Assembly: GCA_934270475.1 (NCBI GenBank)
Contig: CAKQPS010000005.1
Location: 65,945-129,944, forward strand
DNA: 64,000 nucleotides
Direction of reading: 5' to 3'
Source: an uncultured Alphaproteobacteria bacterium
Lineage (GTDB): Bacteria > Pseudomonadota > Alphaproteobacteria > RF32 > CAG-239
Shown: piece by piece, positions 1 to 8,289 of the stretch
Numbering within the stretch: position 1 is the stretch's first letter
Layout of the letters: each line of letters opens with the position of its first letter
Made by a program: the position numbers and the translations under genes
The notes under the pieces: generated by a model
Databases searched by the model: none
Told to the model about the DNA's origin: nothing
The model's input: the letters and a program-made list of their open reading frames with translations, nothing else

Positions 1-193
1 AAATTGTCCAATAACCGACAAGCATCAACAAAGCTCCTGTCCAAACAGCAATCACACTGTCATCAACCCCCAAGTTGCGGGCAACTTCCAAACCAACGGC
101 AACTCCCACCGTGCAAACCGCGCACGCCGGATTAGCATAACTCGGCACAACATAAAAAATAGCAGCGGCAAGAGCCAAACTGAAAAGCAACAT
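1..193 (-). CDS. hypothetical membrane protein, partial (N-terminal 64 codons; 3' end beyond window start)
   Basis: Minus-strand ATG at 193-191 with GGAGA SD 7 nt upstream (201-205 revcomp). Translation MLLFSLALAAAIFYVVPSYANPACAVCTVGVAVGLEVARNLG... is hydrophobic and runs off the window edge. Confidence 0.35.
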   Translation of the reverse strand, partial: MLLFSLALAAAIFYVVPSYANPACAVCTVGVAVGLEVARNLGVDDSVIAVWTGALLMLVGYWTI

Positions 194-325
194 ATTTAAT
201 TCTCCTTTGTTTTTTCTTACCATACGTAATTTAGCAGATAAATCAACATATTTTTTACAAACACACAAAAGAAAACCGCCGACGGAGTTATCGGCGGATA
301 AGGAGAAACAAACTATAAAATATAA

Positions 326-721
326 CTATCCGTTTACTGCGGCGCGGCTCTGAGCCATTAGAATAACAGCGGTTTTAGCGGTTTGCTTATCATATTCTTC
401 CGGATGTTTTTTCTTAAAATCTTCTTTAAATTTTTTAGGAGAGCCAAAGCCTTCTTGCCGATAAGTATTAGCAACCATCGCCAACATTCCGTCGGTAGAC
501 ACATCTTTACCGGCAATAGCATTAAACTTAGCGATTGAAGCATTCATTTTTACGGCCGATTCATTATCCGGCAAATTCCGGCTTTTTAACCCGCGTTTAG
601 AGTGAGAGTGCTTAATAACGGCACTGGCTAAATCTAACAGTCTGCTTTTATCTTTTGCGGCATTTTCCAACAATTTCATAAATTGCTGACCGGCAGTAAT
701 TTTTTTCTTTTCAGGCATCAC
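326..721 (-). CDS. hypothetical protein (131 aa, K-rich, no recognisable motif)
   Basis: ORF-track ORF in the same orientation as neighbouring genes; no motif recognised. Confidence 0.45.
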   Translation of the reverse strand: MMPEKKKITAGQQFMKLLENAAKDKSRLLDLASAVIKHSHSKRGLKSRNLPDNESAVKMNASIAKFNAIAGKDVSTDGMLAMVANTYRQEGFGSPKKFKEDFKKKHPEEYDKQTAKTAVILMAQSRAAVNG

Positions 722-794
722 ACACCTCCGTTTTCATAATTATATTTTATGTTTTCAGCATATCATAAAAACGGCTGTCATGCAACAGATTTTT

Positions 795-1691
795 TTAGTG
801 GTTGCGTTCTATAATAAAGCGGGCAAGTTCTTGTAAAACTTCAGCTTTTTTGCCGAAAATTTCAACATCTCTGATTGCTTCTTCCGTAAGTTTAAACGCC
901 AGCTTTTTAGCCTCTGCCGCCCCAAATCGGCTGACAATAGTAAACTTGTTTTGAGATTCGTCTTTATGCAAAGTTTTTCCAACCAAATTTTGGTCGCCTT
1001 CAAGGTCCAAAATATCATCGCTGATTTGAAAAGTCTGCCCAATTTTGCGGGAATAGCTGACCAATACCTGACGCTGTTCCAGCGGCGCTTGTCCCAACAC
1101 CGCTCCGGCTTCGCAGGCATAACGCAGCAAACGACCGGTTTTCATTTCTTCCAAACGTGCGATAATATCCTCATCGCCTTTATCGGTTCCGGTGGGCTCT
1201 GCATACAAATCCAAAGTCTGACCAGCGACCATGCCGCCAAAGGCACCGGCGGCGTCTGAAAGCAGCTGAACCAAGGTCAAACGGATTTCCGGACGCAGTT
1301 CCAAAGCTGATGACAGTACTCTGAAAGCATAAGTTAAAAGCCCGTCTCCTGCCAAAATTGCGGTTGCCTCGTCAAATTTTTTATGACAAGTCGGATTGCC
1401 GCGGCGCAGGTCGTCATTATCCATTGCCGGTAAATCGTCATGAATCAGCGAATAAGTATGCAGCATTTCCAAAGACACCGCTGCCGGCAAAGCTGTTTTA
1501 TAATCCACATCAAACAAAGCCGCGCATTGACAGAGCAAAAACGGACGCAGACGCTTGCCGCCGTTCATCAGCGAATATTCCATTGCTTCAACCACTCGCT
1601 TTTCGGCTCCGGTCGGCAGCGGCAGATATTGCGCCAAATCAGCATTAAATTGCGCAGAAAATTCTTTCAAGCTTTGTTTGATGTCTGTCAT
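795..1691 (-). CDS. ispA: polyprenyl diphosphate synthase (farnesyl/geranylgeranyl diphosphate synthase)
   Basis: FARM motif DDLPAMDNDDLRRG and SARM motif ISDDILD. Start overlaps the xseB stop by 1 nt, the classic xseB-ispA arrangement. Confidence 0.85.
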   Translation of the reverse strand: MTDIKQSLKEFSAQFNADLAQYLPLPTGAEKRVVEAMEYSLMNGGKRLRPFLLCQCAALFDVDYKTALPAAVSLEMLHTYSLIHDDLPAMDNDDLRRGNPTCHKKFDEATAILAGDGLLTYAFRVLSSALELRPEIRLTLVQLLSDAAGAFGGMVAGQTLDLYAEPTGTDKGDEDIIARLEEMKTGRLLRYACEAGAVLGQAPLEQRQVLVSYSRKIGQTFQISDDILDLEGDQNLVGKTLHKDESQNKFTIVSRFGAAEAKKLAFKLTEEAIRDVEIFGKKAEVLQELARFIIERNH

Positions 1692-1954
1692 TATTCCTCC
1701 ACCTTGTCTAAAGGTTCTGTCGAAACAACGCCTTCCGGCGACACATTTATTTTTTCAATTTTCAGCTGGGCGGCTTTCAGCTTTTCTTCACAGAATTTTT
1801 TTAAGGCTGTTGCTTTTTCATAGGCTTCAACCGCATCGTCAAGTTTTATTTTTCCGCCTTCCAGCTCACGGACAATGCTTTCCAGCTGAACCAGCGCGTC
1901 TTCAAAGCTCAATTTGCTTAAATCTAAATCTTTCATTTTTTTCTCCATTTGCAA
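1691..1954 (-). CDS. xseB: exodeoxyribonuclease VII small subunit
   Basis: 87 aa; FEDALVQLESIVRELEGG...LDDAVEAYEKA matches the XseB consensus; sits immediately upstream of ispA. Confidence 0.85.
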   Translation of the reverse strand: MQMEKKMKDLDLSKLSFEDALVQLESIVRELEGGKIKLDDAVEAYEKATALKKFCEEKLKAAQLKIEKINVSPEGVVSTEPLDKVEE

Positions 1955-2146
1955 ATAGCTTAGCTCATTGTTTTATTTTTACAACGAGATTCTGCAACTT
2001 ATTAAACTATTTATCATCAAAAACCGTGCTTATGATTTATATAAAATTGCCCTAAAAGATGCTATATTAAAATTACTATGAATTTTCATAGTTTTATTCC
2101 TGACAAAATAGGTCTGTCGTAAAAAAGCGGCAGACCTTGACTTTGC

Positions 2147-2175
2147 TTGACTGTTAAAAAAATCGGGTATATACT
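2147..2175 (+). promoter_or_regulatory. sigma70-like promoter TTGACT-17-TATACT upstream of the flavin reductase gene
   Basis: TTGACT at 2147-2152 and TATACT at 2170-2175 with a 17 nt spacer; 35 nt upstream of the ATG at 2210. A second TTGACT lies at 2137-2142. Confidence 0.45.
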
Positions 2176-2209
2176 GCCAAAAGTTTAATATGTAACGGGA
2201 GTTTTATTT

Positions 2210-3082
2210 ATGGCAAAGATTGCATGGCGCGCCGGAACATTGATGGCGCCGCTGCCGCCGGTTTTGGTTTCTTGCGGCTCAATGGAAAATCCAAACGTGA
2301 TGACGGCGGCATGGACGGGAATTTTGTGCAGCGACCCCACATTGGTATATGTTTCGCTGCGTCCGTCGCGTTACAGCCATAAAATTATCAGCCAAACCAA
2401 AGAATTTGTTATCAATCTGCCGACCGTTGCGCTGGCAAAACAGGTTGATATGTGCGGCGTAAAAAGCGGGCGCACTGTCAACAAGTTTGAACTGACCGGT
2501 TTAACCGCCGCTCCGTGCTCAAAAATAGCCGCGCCGCAAGTTTTGGAATCTCCGATTTCTTTAGAATGCCGCGTGCTGGAAATTAAACACCTCGGCACAG
2601 AAACTCAGCCGGCAACGCATGATATGTTTTTGGCAGAAGTTTTAGCAGTCAATGTTGATGACAAATATATTGATGAAAACAACGCTTTGCATTTGGAAAA
2701 AGCCGGACTGCTTGCCTATGCCCACGGCTTCTATTACGCTTTGGGCGAACAGCTTGGCAAATTCGGCTGGTCGGTAGAAAAAGACGCCACCAAACGCAAA
2801 CGTGCCGAAAAAGAAAAAGCCGAAAAAATCCAAAAGAAAAAAACTTTTTCCAAACGCAGCGATTTTAAGCATAAAGATTTTAAGAAAGACGGCAAGGAAG
2901 ATAAAAAAGATTTCAAGCCGCACCGCCGCAAATTCGGCGACGCCAAAAAATTCAAATCTGACGAGCGAAAAACTTTTAAACGCGGAGCCGCAGAACGCAA
3001 ACCGTTCAACAAAAGAAAACCGGCAGAAGCCAAACCTGTTGAACACAAAGTTCCCCGCAAAACTCTAACCCTCAAAAAATAG
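2210..3082 (+). CDS. flavin reductase-like (FMN-binding split-barrel) domain protein with ~100-aa lysine/arginine-rich C-terminal tail
   Basis: N-terminal 190 aa carries a flavin-reductase-like signature (AAWTGILCSDPTLVYVSLRPSRYSH...CGVKSGR). C-terminus is extremely basic (KRKRAEKEKAEKIQKKK...KFKSDERKTFKRG...). Confidence 0.65.
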   Translation: MAKIAWRAGTLMAPLPPVLVSCGSMENPNVMTAAWTGILCSDPTLVYVSLRPSRYSHKIISQTKEFVINLPTVALAKQVDMCGVKSGRTVNKFELTGLTAAPCSKIAAPQVLESPISLECRVLEIKHLGTETQPATHDMFLAEVLAVNVDDKYIDENNALHLEKAGLLAYAHGFYYALGEQLGKFGWSVEKDATKRKRAEKEKAEKIQKKKTFSKRSDFKHKDFKKDGKEDKKDFKPHRRKFGDAKKFKSDERKTFKRGAAERKPFNKRKPAEAKPVEHKVPRKTLTLKK

Positions 3083-3089
3083 GTGCTGC

Positions 3090-3971
3090 ATGGCGGATAA
3101 AAAAGTTGTCTTTACGGTTAATTATAAAAATCTGTCGGTTTATGATGAATTTAACGTCGACAAGATACAGTATCCGCTAATTCTTTCCATACCGCACAGC
3201 GGCACGGTTTTTCCGCCGGAATTTTTACAGAACGTGAGATTTGATGAAAAGACGCTGCGCCGCAATGAAGATTTGCTGGTGGATGAATTGCTGCAAGGTG
3301 CAATTGCCAAAGGTCTGACTGCTCTAAAAATGAATTTAAGCCGCGCTTTTGTTGACTTAAACCGCGACAGGCTTGAGCTTGACCCCACAATGTTCTATAA
3401 TTACCCAAAAGAAAAAGACATTTTATATGACAAGCATTGCCGCGTCGGCTTAGGCGTAATCCACCGTATCAACTTCAAGCGGGAAAACCTTTATGACGGC
3501 TTGCTGGATTATAATGAAGTCGAGGCTCGTTTAAGCAATGTTTTTGACACCTATCACAACCGCCTGCAGCAGCTTATCAACAAATGCCTGAAAAAGTTTG
3601 GTTTCTGCGTAGTGCTGGATTGCCACTCCATGCCGTCTAAAATTTGCTCCATTATTGACGACCGTTCCGGCATTGATGTTTGCTTGGGCAATTTATTCAG
3701 CCAAAGCTGCCCGCAGGAATACAGTGATTTCCTCGCCTCGCAGTTTTGGGATTATAATTACAGCGTGCAGGAAAACTGCCCTTATTCCGGAGCCTATATC
3801 ACTTTTAACTATTGCCAGCCCAAACGAAAAATGTATACGCTGCAGCTGGAACTCAACCGCGTGCTTTATGCTGATGAGGCAAATTTATGCAAAAACGCCG
3901 AATTTGCCGAAGTTGCAGACGAAGTAAGCTCTGCCGTTGTTAACTTTGCCGAATATTTGAAACGAATGTAG
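3090..3971 (+). CDS. N-formylglutamate amidohydrolase family protein
   Basis: IPHSGTVFP motif near the N-terminus and LDCHSMPS motif mid-protein, both characteristic of the FGase family (PF05013-like). Confidence 0.5.
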   Translation: MADKKVVFTVNYKNLSVYDEFNVDKIQYPLILSIPHSGTVFPPEFLQNVRFDEKTLRRNEDLLVDELLQGAIAKGLTALKMNLSRAFVDLNRDRLELDPTMFYNYPKEKDILYDKHCRVGLGVIHRINFKRENLYDGLLDYNEVEARLSNVFDTYHNRLQQLINKCLKKFGFCVVLDCHSMPSKICSIIDDRSGIDVCLGNLFSQSCPQEYSDFLASQFWDYNYSVQENCPYSGAYITFNYCQPKRKMYTLQLELNRVLYADEANLCKNAEFAEVADEVSSAVVNFAEYLKRM

Positions 3972-4018
3972 CTTCTTCTGCCTGTAAAAACATTTTTTAT
4001 ATTTTGTACAGATTAACC

Positions 4019-4045
4019 TTTACATATTCCTAATATACTTATAAT
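4019..4045 (+). promoter_or_regulatory. candidate promoter TTTACA-15-TATAAT upstream of pilin-like gene 1
   Basis: TTTACA at 4019-4024 and TATAAT at 4040-4045. The 15-nt spacer is short, so this is weak. Confidence 0.25.
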
Positions 4046-4094
4046 ATAAAATCAGACTAAGACACAAAATGGAGAAAAAAATGAAAACTAAACA

Positions 4095-4790
4095 ATGTCT
4101 CTGTCTCTCGCCTTTGGGAGAGCTCAAATGATAAAATTAAACAATGCTGGTCGTTCTATGATTGAAATGCTGGGCGTGTTGGCGATTATTGGTGTTTTGA
4201 GTGTGGGCGGTATCGCCGGCTATTCTAAGGCGATGACAAAATTCAAAATAAACAAAATGATAGAAGACTACAGCAACCTTACTTTCCATCTGATAGAAAA
4301 TTATCCGAACTTACTCAAGTCTTATTCTTCCGTAAAAACTAAAAACTCCGAACTCTACAACCTTGCCAAAGATATGGGCTGGATTCCTGACAGCTGGAAA
4401 CCACGGGCTAAATCAAAAACAATCTATCTTGACGACGGTCACAACAATCTTACCCATCTGTTTATGAGATATAACTCTGACGTTGATAAAAGACGTGTTA
4501 TTATGGATATTTATATTGGAAGCAATATAGATAATTTTGACCAGCTTCCGCAAGTTTCGTTAGAAAACTGTATGGCTATTTTCAGCAACTGGCTGGTTCC
4601 TATGGCTGATGTCATTTATTATGCCGGCACAGATGGTTCAGCGTCTACATATTTTTATGGTAACGCAACTTGCGGAGGCGATAAAAAATGTCTGTCTTCA
4701 ATGACTTTAAGCGATATTCATAATATCTGCAAAGTTTGCAAAGAAGATCAGCAAAAATGTTACATCGCTGTAAACTTTTTACCATACTAA
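4095..4790 (+). CDS. type IV prepilin-like (class III signal) Cys-rich secreted protein, paralog 1; probable true start at 4128
   Basis: N-terminus ...NNAG|RSMIEMLGVLAIIGVLSVGGIAGYSKAM carries the prepilin peptidase motif (Gly then Glu at +5, then a hydrophobic helix). The C-terminal Cys pattern C..KCL..MTLSDIHNICKVC......C is shared with the ORFs at 26238 and 46265. ATG at 4128 has a GGGAGAG SD 6 nt upstream, giving an 8-aa leader MIKLNNAG. Confidence 0.7.
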   Translation: MSLSLAFGRAQMIKLNNAGRSMIEMLGVLAIIGVLSVGGIAGYSKAMTKFKINKMIEDYSNLTFHLIENYPNLLKSYSSVKTKNSELYNLAKDMGWIPDSWKPRAKSKTIYLDDGHNNLTHLFMRYNSDVDKRRVIMDIYIGSNIDNFDQLPQVSLENCMAIFSNWLVPMADVIYYAGTDGSASTYFYGNATCGGDKKCLSSMTLSDIHNICKVCKEDQQKCYIAVNFLPY

Positions 4791-4807
4791 AACTTTCTAA
4801 ACCTTAA

Positions 4808-4845
4808 AATGAACCTCCACCGGCGTAAGCCGATGGAGGTTCATT
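4808..4845. terminator. GC-rich 17-bp hairpin with GTAA tetraloop downstream of pilin-like gene 1 (terminator-like; no clean U-tract)
   Basis: AATGAACCTCCACCGGC GTAA GCCGATGGAGGTTCATT, with one mismatch in the stem. Confidence 0.4.
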
Positions 4846-4951
4846 AGATTGACAAAAAAAATTGACTTTTTAATATTTTATGCTATAATAAACTATAAGA
4901 GGATATTTTAATTTTCTTGAAAAGATAACGCTATTTAGGAAAGATAAGGTC

Positions 4952-5581
4952 ATGAAAGAATATAAAATTAACGAAAATACAACATATATTGATGATGGCA
5001 ATACAAACATCATAAAATATGCTAAACAAGACGGCTCGAGTTTAGTTGTTAGCTTCAGAGCATGTGATCTTTTCACAACAGGCGGCGACGACGATCATAT
5101 GGGTTTTCCAGACTCTGTTGTCAAGGCAGAGATATACATTGAGAAGCCGGTAAAATGCGAAGAAAAGCAGACTGAAGAAAAAAAATTATCTAAGTTTGAA
5201 CAAGTTAAAAATAGACTGCTACAAAAATTTCTATCAAAAAAAGAAGATAAAAAAGAGAAGAATAAAGCCGCACCTAAAGAAACTTTTTCTAAAGAAGTTT
5301 TATTTAGTAAAAAACTTCCTAGGCGTCAGATGTTTTTAGAGGATTTTTTAGCAGAGCCTATTAAATTAGAACCTGAATATAATTCTGTTCTTAAGGTTTT
5401 GGAATCTGCTCGTCAAACCATCATAACCGATGGATATAGATTGAAAGAAGAAGCGACAAAAGTTTATCTTGAACAATGGGAAGCCCAAAAAGCTAAAGAA
5501 AAAAAAGCCGCTTCTGACCAAGCCCTTGTTGAGGAGAATAATGCTGCTCGCAAGTTAAAAGATTTTGGAATTGGAAGATAA
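4952..5581 (+). CDS. hypothetical K/E-rich protein (209 aa)
   Basis: ORF with a charged low-complexity middle region; no motif recognised. Confidence 0.45.
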   Translation: MKEYKINENTTYIDDGNTNIIKYAKQDGSSLVVSFRACDLFTTGGDDDHMGFPDSVVKAEIYIEKPVKCEEKQTEEKKLSKFEQVKNRLLQKFLSKKEDKKEKNKAAPKETFSKEVLFSKKLPRRQMFLEDFLAEPIKLEPEYNSVLKVLESARQTIITDGYRLKEEATKVYLEQWEAQKAKEKKAASDQALVEENNAARKLKDFGIGR

Positions 5582-5609
5582 TTGTTTTGCGAGTTTTAGA
5601 TATTCAAAT

Positions 5610-5644
5610 AATAACGCCTAAGAAAGTATTTTTTAGGCGTTATT
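5610..5644. terminator. bidirectional hairpin terminator between the convergent hypothetical gene and smpB
   Basis: Perfect 12-bp inverted repeat AATAACGCCTAA ... TTAGGCGTTATT with an 11-nt loop and A/T-rich flanks. A second hairpin plus T6 follows at ~5677-5708. Confidence 0.5.
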
Positions 5645-5799
5645 ATTTAGAGCACGTATTTAAATTGCTACAAAAAAACTCTCAATCATTACGAATGAGA
5701 GCTTTTTTGTAACTGATTATAAAGTTAAATTACTTCAATTCAACTTTAGCGGCAGCGCCTGCACCATTTCTTTGAGTTTTAAGCCGTAACTTTGCTAAT

Positions 5800-6279
5800 C
5801 TAATGCGCCAACAGGCGGGATTTTTCACGGTTCCAATCGCGTTCTTTGGCGGTTTCTCGCTTGTCATAAAGTTTTTTACCGCGTCCCAAACCGATTTCCA
5901 GCTTGGCTCTGCCGTGATTGTCAAAATACAGTTTCATAGCAATTAAAGTCGCGCCTTTACGAGCCAACGCATTTTGGATTTTGATAATTTCTTTATGGTG
6001 CAGCAATAATTTGCGATTACGGCGCTCAACGTGGCTTTCATATCCTTTGTTGGCATACTCGGCAATAAAAATATTCGACATATAAATTTCGCCCTGTTCC
6101 ACCATACCATAGGCGTCGTTAATATTGGCATGCCCCAGGCGCAGTGATTTGACTTCGGTTCCGGTCAACACCAAACCGGCCTGAAAAACCTCGTCAATCA
6201 CATAATCAAAATGCGCGCGGCGGTTTTGCGCCACCTGCCCTGTCGAAATAAAATCAGATTTTTTCTTTTTTTCCGCCAT
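5800..6279 (-). CDS. smpB: SsrA-binding protein SmpB
   Basis: 159 aa. GQVAQNRRAHFDY...LVLTGTEVKS...LLLHHKEI consensus is present. Confidence 0.9.
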   Translation of the reverse strand: MAEKKKKSDFISTGQVAQNRRAHFDYVIDEVFQAGLVLTGTEVKSLRLGHANINDAYGMVEQGEIYMSNIFIAEYANKGYESHVERRNRKLLLHHKEIIKIQNALARKGATLIAMKLYFDNHGRAKLEIGLGRGKKLYDKRETAKERDWNREKSRLLAH

Positions 6280-6773
6280 TATTTCACAGCTTTTAACGAA
6301 GGTTCTGCCGGTTTATTTTCAGCCGGCTTAGGCTCTGTTTTCGGCTGTTCTGCCGGTTTTGCCTGAGCTGCAGCCGCTGGTTTTACCTGTGCTTCCGGAC
6401 GGCGCGAACGCGGAATACAGTTGCCTTCAATATACGCCCCCGGCTCCAAAGCAATTTTGCTGTAATATGCATTGCCGATTAAGCGCGCATTGTTAGCCAC
6501 AAACAGCTCGTCTGTGTCTATCACACCGTTAATAGTGCCGTATACGCTCAAAGATTTAGCTTTTATATCGCCGACAATATAACCGCGGGTACCGATAATC
6601 ACTTCATTGCACATAATATTGCCTTCAAGCTTGCCGTCAATATGAATGGTATCGCCGCCCCAAATATCGCCTTTAATTTTGGTATCGCAGCTGATAATGC
6701 TTGGCACAGGCGTGTTAGAACCGCGACTCATACGAGCAATTTTCAAATAGATTAAACGTTTTAAACTTCTCAT
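6279..6773 (-). CDS. bactofilin family cytoskeletal protein
   Basis: Repeating beta-helical motif IDGKLEGNIMCNEVIIGTRGYIVGDIKAKSLSVYGTINGVI typical of the bactofilin/DUF583 family, followed by a P/A/K-rich tail. Confidence 0.8.
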   Translation of the reverse strand: MRSLKRLIYLKIARMSRGSNTPVPSIISCDTKIKGDIWGGDTIHIDGKLEGNIMCNEVIIGTRGYIVGDIKAKSLSVYGTINGVIDTDELFVANNARLIGNAYYSKIALEPGAYIEGNCIPRSRRPEAQVKPAAAAQAKPAEQPKTEPKPAENKPAEPSLKAVK

Positions 6774-6783
6774 TTTTATCTCC

Positions 6784-8043
6784 TTAATTCAGGCTGTTAA
6801 GAGTGATAAACGCGGCAGGGTTAACATTAGTTCCGCGAAACAAAACTTCATAATGCAGATGATTGCCGGTAGCGCGTCCGGTACGTCCCACCTCGCCAAG
6901 CGCTTGGTTATAGGCAACTCTGTCGCCTGTTTTCACATAAATTTTACGCATATGAGCGTATTTAGTCACAAAACCGTTGCCGTGGTCAACCACCACCAAA
7001 TTGCCGTATCCGTTTTTCTGATAACCGGCAGAAGTAACTCGCCCTGCGGCTTGAGCCGAAATACGGCTGCCAGCGGCGGCGCGCATATCCAAGCCTTTGT
7101 GGTTAGCCAAATAAGCCTTAAACGGATCTTGCCTTGTTCCAAACGGAGAGCTTAGCTGATAGCGATAAACCGGCTTGCCCAGCGGCACGCCTTTCATCGC
7201 CTGCTTATAATTTTCCAGCGTATCAATTTGCTTAAACGTTGCCGACAATTTATTAAGCAGCTCGCGGTTTTCTATTTTCATACCCTGAGCCGGCTCATAC
7301 ACACCGCCTTTGCCTTCTTTGACATTTGCCAGCGGATTAAAATATTTATTTTTTACTTTCAAAGACTTATTGATTTGCGTCAAAGAATTTTTAATTTGAT
7401 CTATTTCCCGTCCCGAAAGCTTGTGAATTTTATCCAAAATTGCGATTTCCGCCGTTTCCAAACCTTTCACGGTTTCTTGCAGACTGGTGATTTTTCCGCC
7501 CAGTTCTTCTATTTTTTGCTTTAACTGTGCATTTTCGGTCTGTACCATATCTTTTTGCAGCAAAGCTTCTTTTTTAGTAACTTTCTCTTCTACCTTTTCG
7601 GCGTCAATCCAGCTTTCAGAATCAGCTATTTGCTTGATTTTATCTTCTACCACCAAGGCTTTTTCTTTGTAGTTTTTAATTTCTTTCAAACCGTCGCCGG
7701 CTTCGTCTATGGAAGACACCACGCTTTTTAAGTTATTTTGCAGCGCCGTAACATCAGACATCAAATCCATATAGGCATCGCGGGTTTTGCCCAATTCTTT
7801 TTCTTTGTGATGAATAATAGAGGCGGATACATGATAAAAATAGTAATTATAACCCGACCAAGCAAACACCGCCGCAAAAAGCATAAGCATAAACACCTGC
7901 AAACGGTGGGAGATGTTAAAAACTTTAGCTCGTCCGTTACTGCGGAAAATAATTTCTTTATCAGCTAAAAAAGGCTTTTTTTCAGTATAAATAACCTTTT
8001 GCTTTTTAAATTTGAATTTATTTTTTTTCAAAAGTTTTTTCAA
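6784..8043 (-). CDS. M23 family metallopeptidase with N-terminal TM and coiled-coil (EnvC/NlpD-like)
   Basis: C-terminal GLDMRAAAGSRISAQAAGRV...GNLVVVDHGNGFVTKYAHM...GRTGRATGNHLHYEV matches the M23 HxH signature. Long coiled-coil in the middle. Confidence 0.8.
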   Translation of the reverse strand: MKKLLKKNKFKFKKQKVIYTEKKPFLADKEIIFRSNGRAKVFNISHRLQVFMLMLFAAVFAWSGYNYYFYHVSASIIHHKEKELGKTRDAYMDLMSDVTALQNNLKSVVSSIDEAGDGLKEIKNYKEKALVVEDKIKQIADSESWIDAEKVEEKVTKKEALLQKDMVQTENAQLKQKIEELGGKITSLQETVKGLETAEIAILDKIHKLSGREIDQIKNSLTQINKSLKVKNKYFNPLANVKEGKGGVYEPAQGMKIENRELLNKLSATFKQIDTLENYKQAMKGVPLGKPVYRYQLSSPFGTRQDPFKAYLANHKGLDMRAAAGSRISAQAAGRVTSAGYQKNGYGNLVVVDHGNGFVTKYAHMRKIYVKTGDRVAYNQALGEVGRTGRATGNHLHYEVLFRGTNVNPAAFITLNSLN

Positions 8044-8289
8044 AAAATTATTCCTTTAATATCACACAGTTATAATTCAACCGATTTATATATAACAGAA
8101 AATTAAAAAAAATAAAGCATTTTTTAGCAGTTGAAGTATTAAATGTGAACAAACGCCTAACTCATTAGCTTTACAAGGCTTTTTCCTACTGTTTTGTGCA
8201 CATTTTTTTATTTTTTGCTCCATAATTTTATAGATTTCTAGTAAAAAAATTTTTATATTGCGTTATAAACATATGTGAAAGGTCTGACA

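Noticed and set aside
5582-5800. Looked for tmRNA (ssrA) next to smpB
   Set aside because: No GGGG...ACCA tmRNA-like ends or T-arm motif; the region only contains two terminator hairpins.
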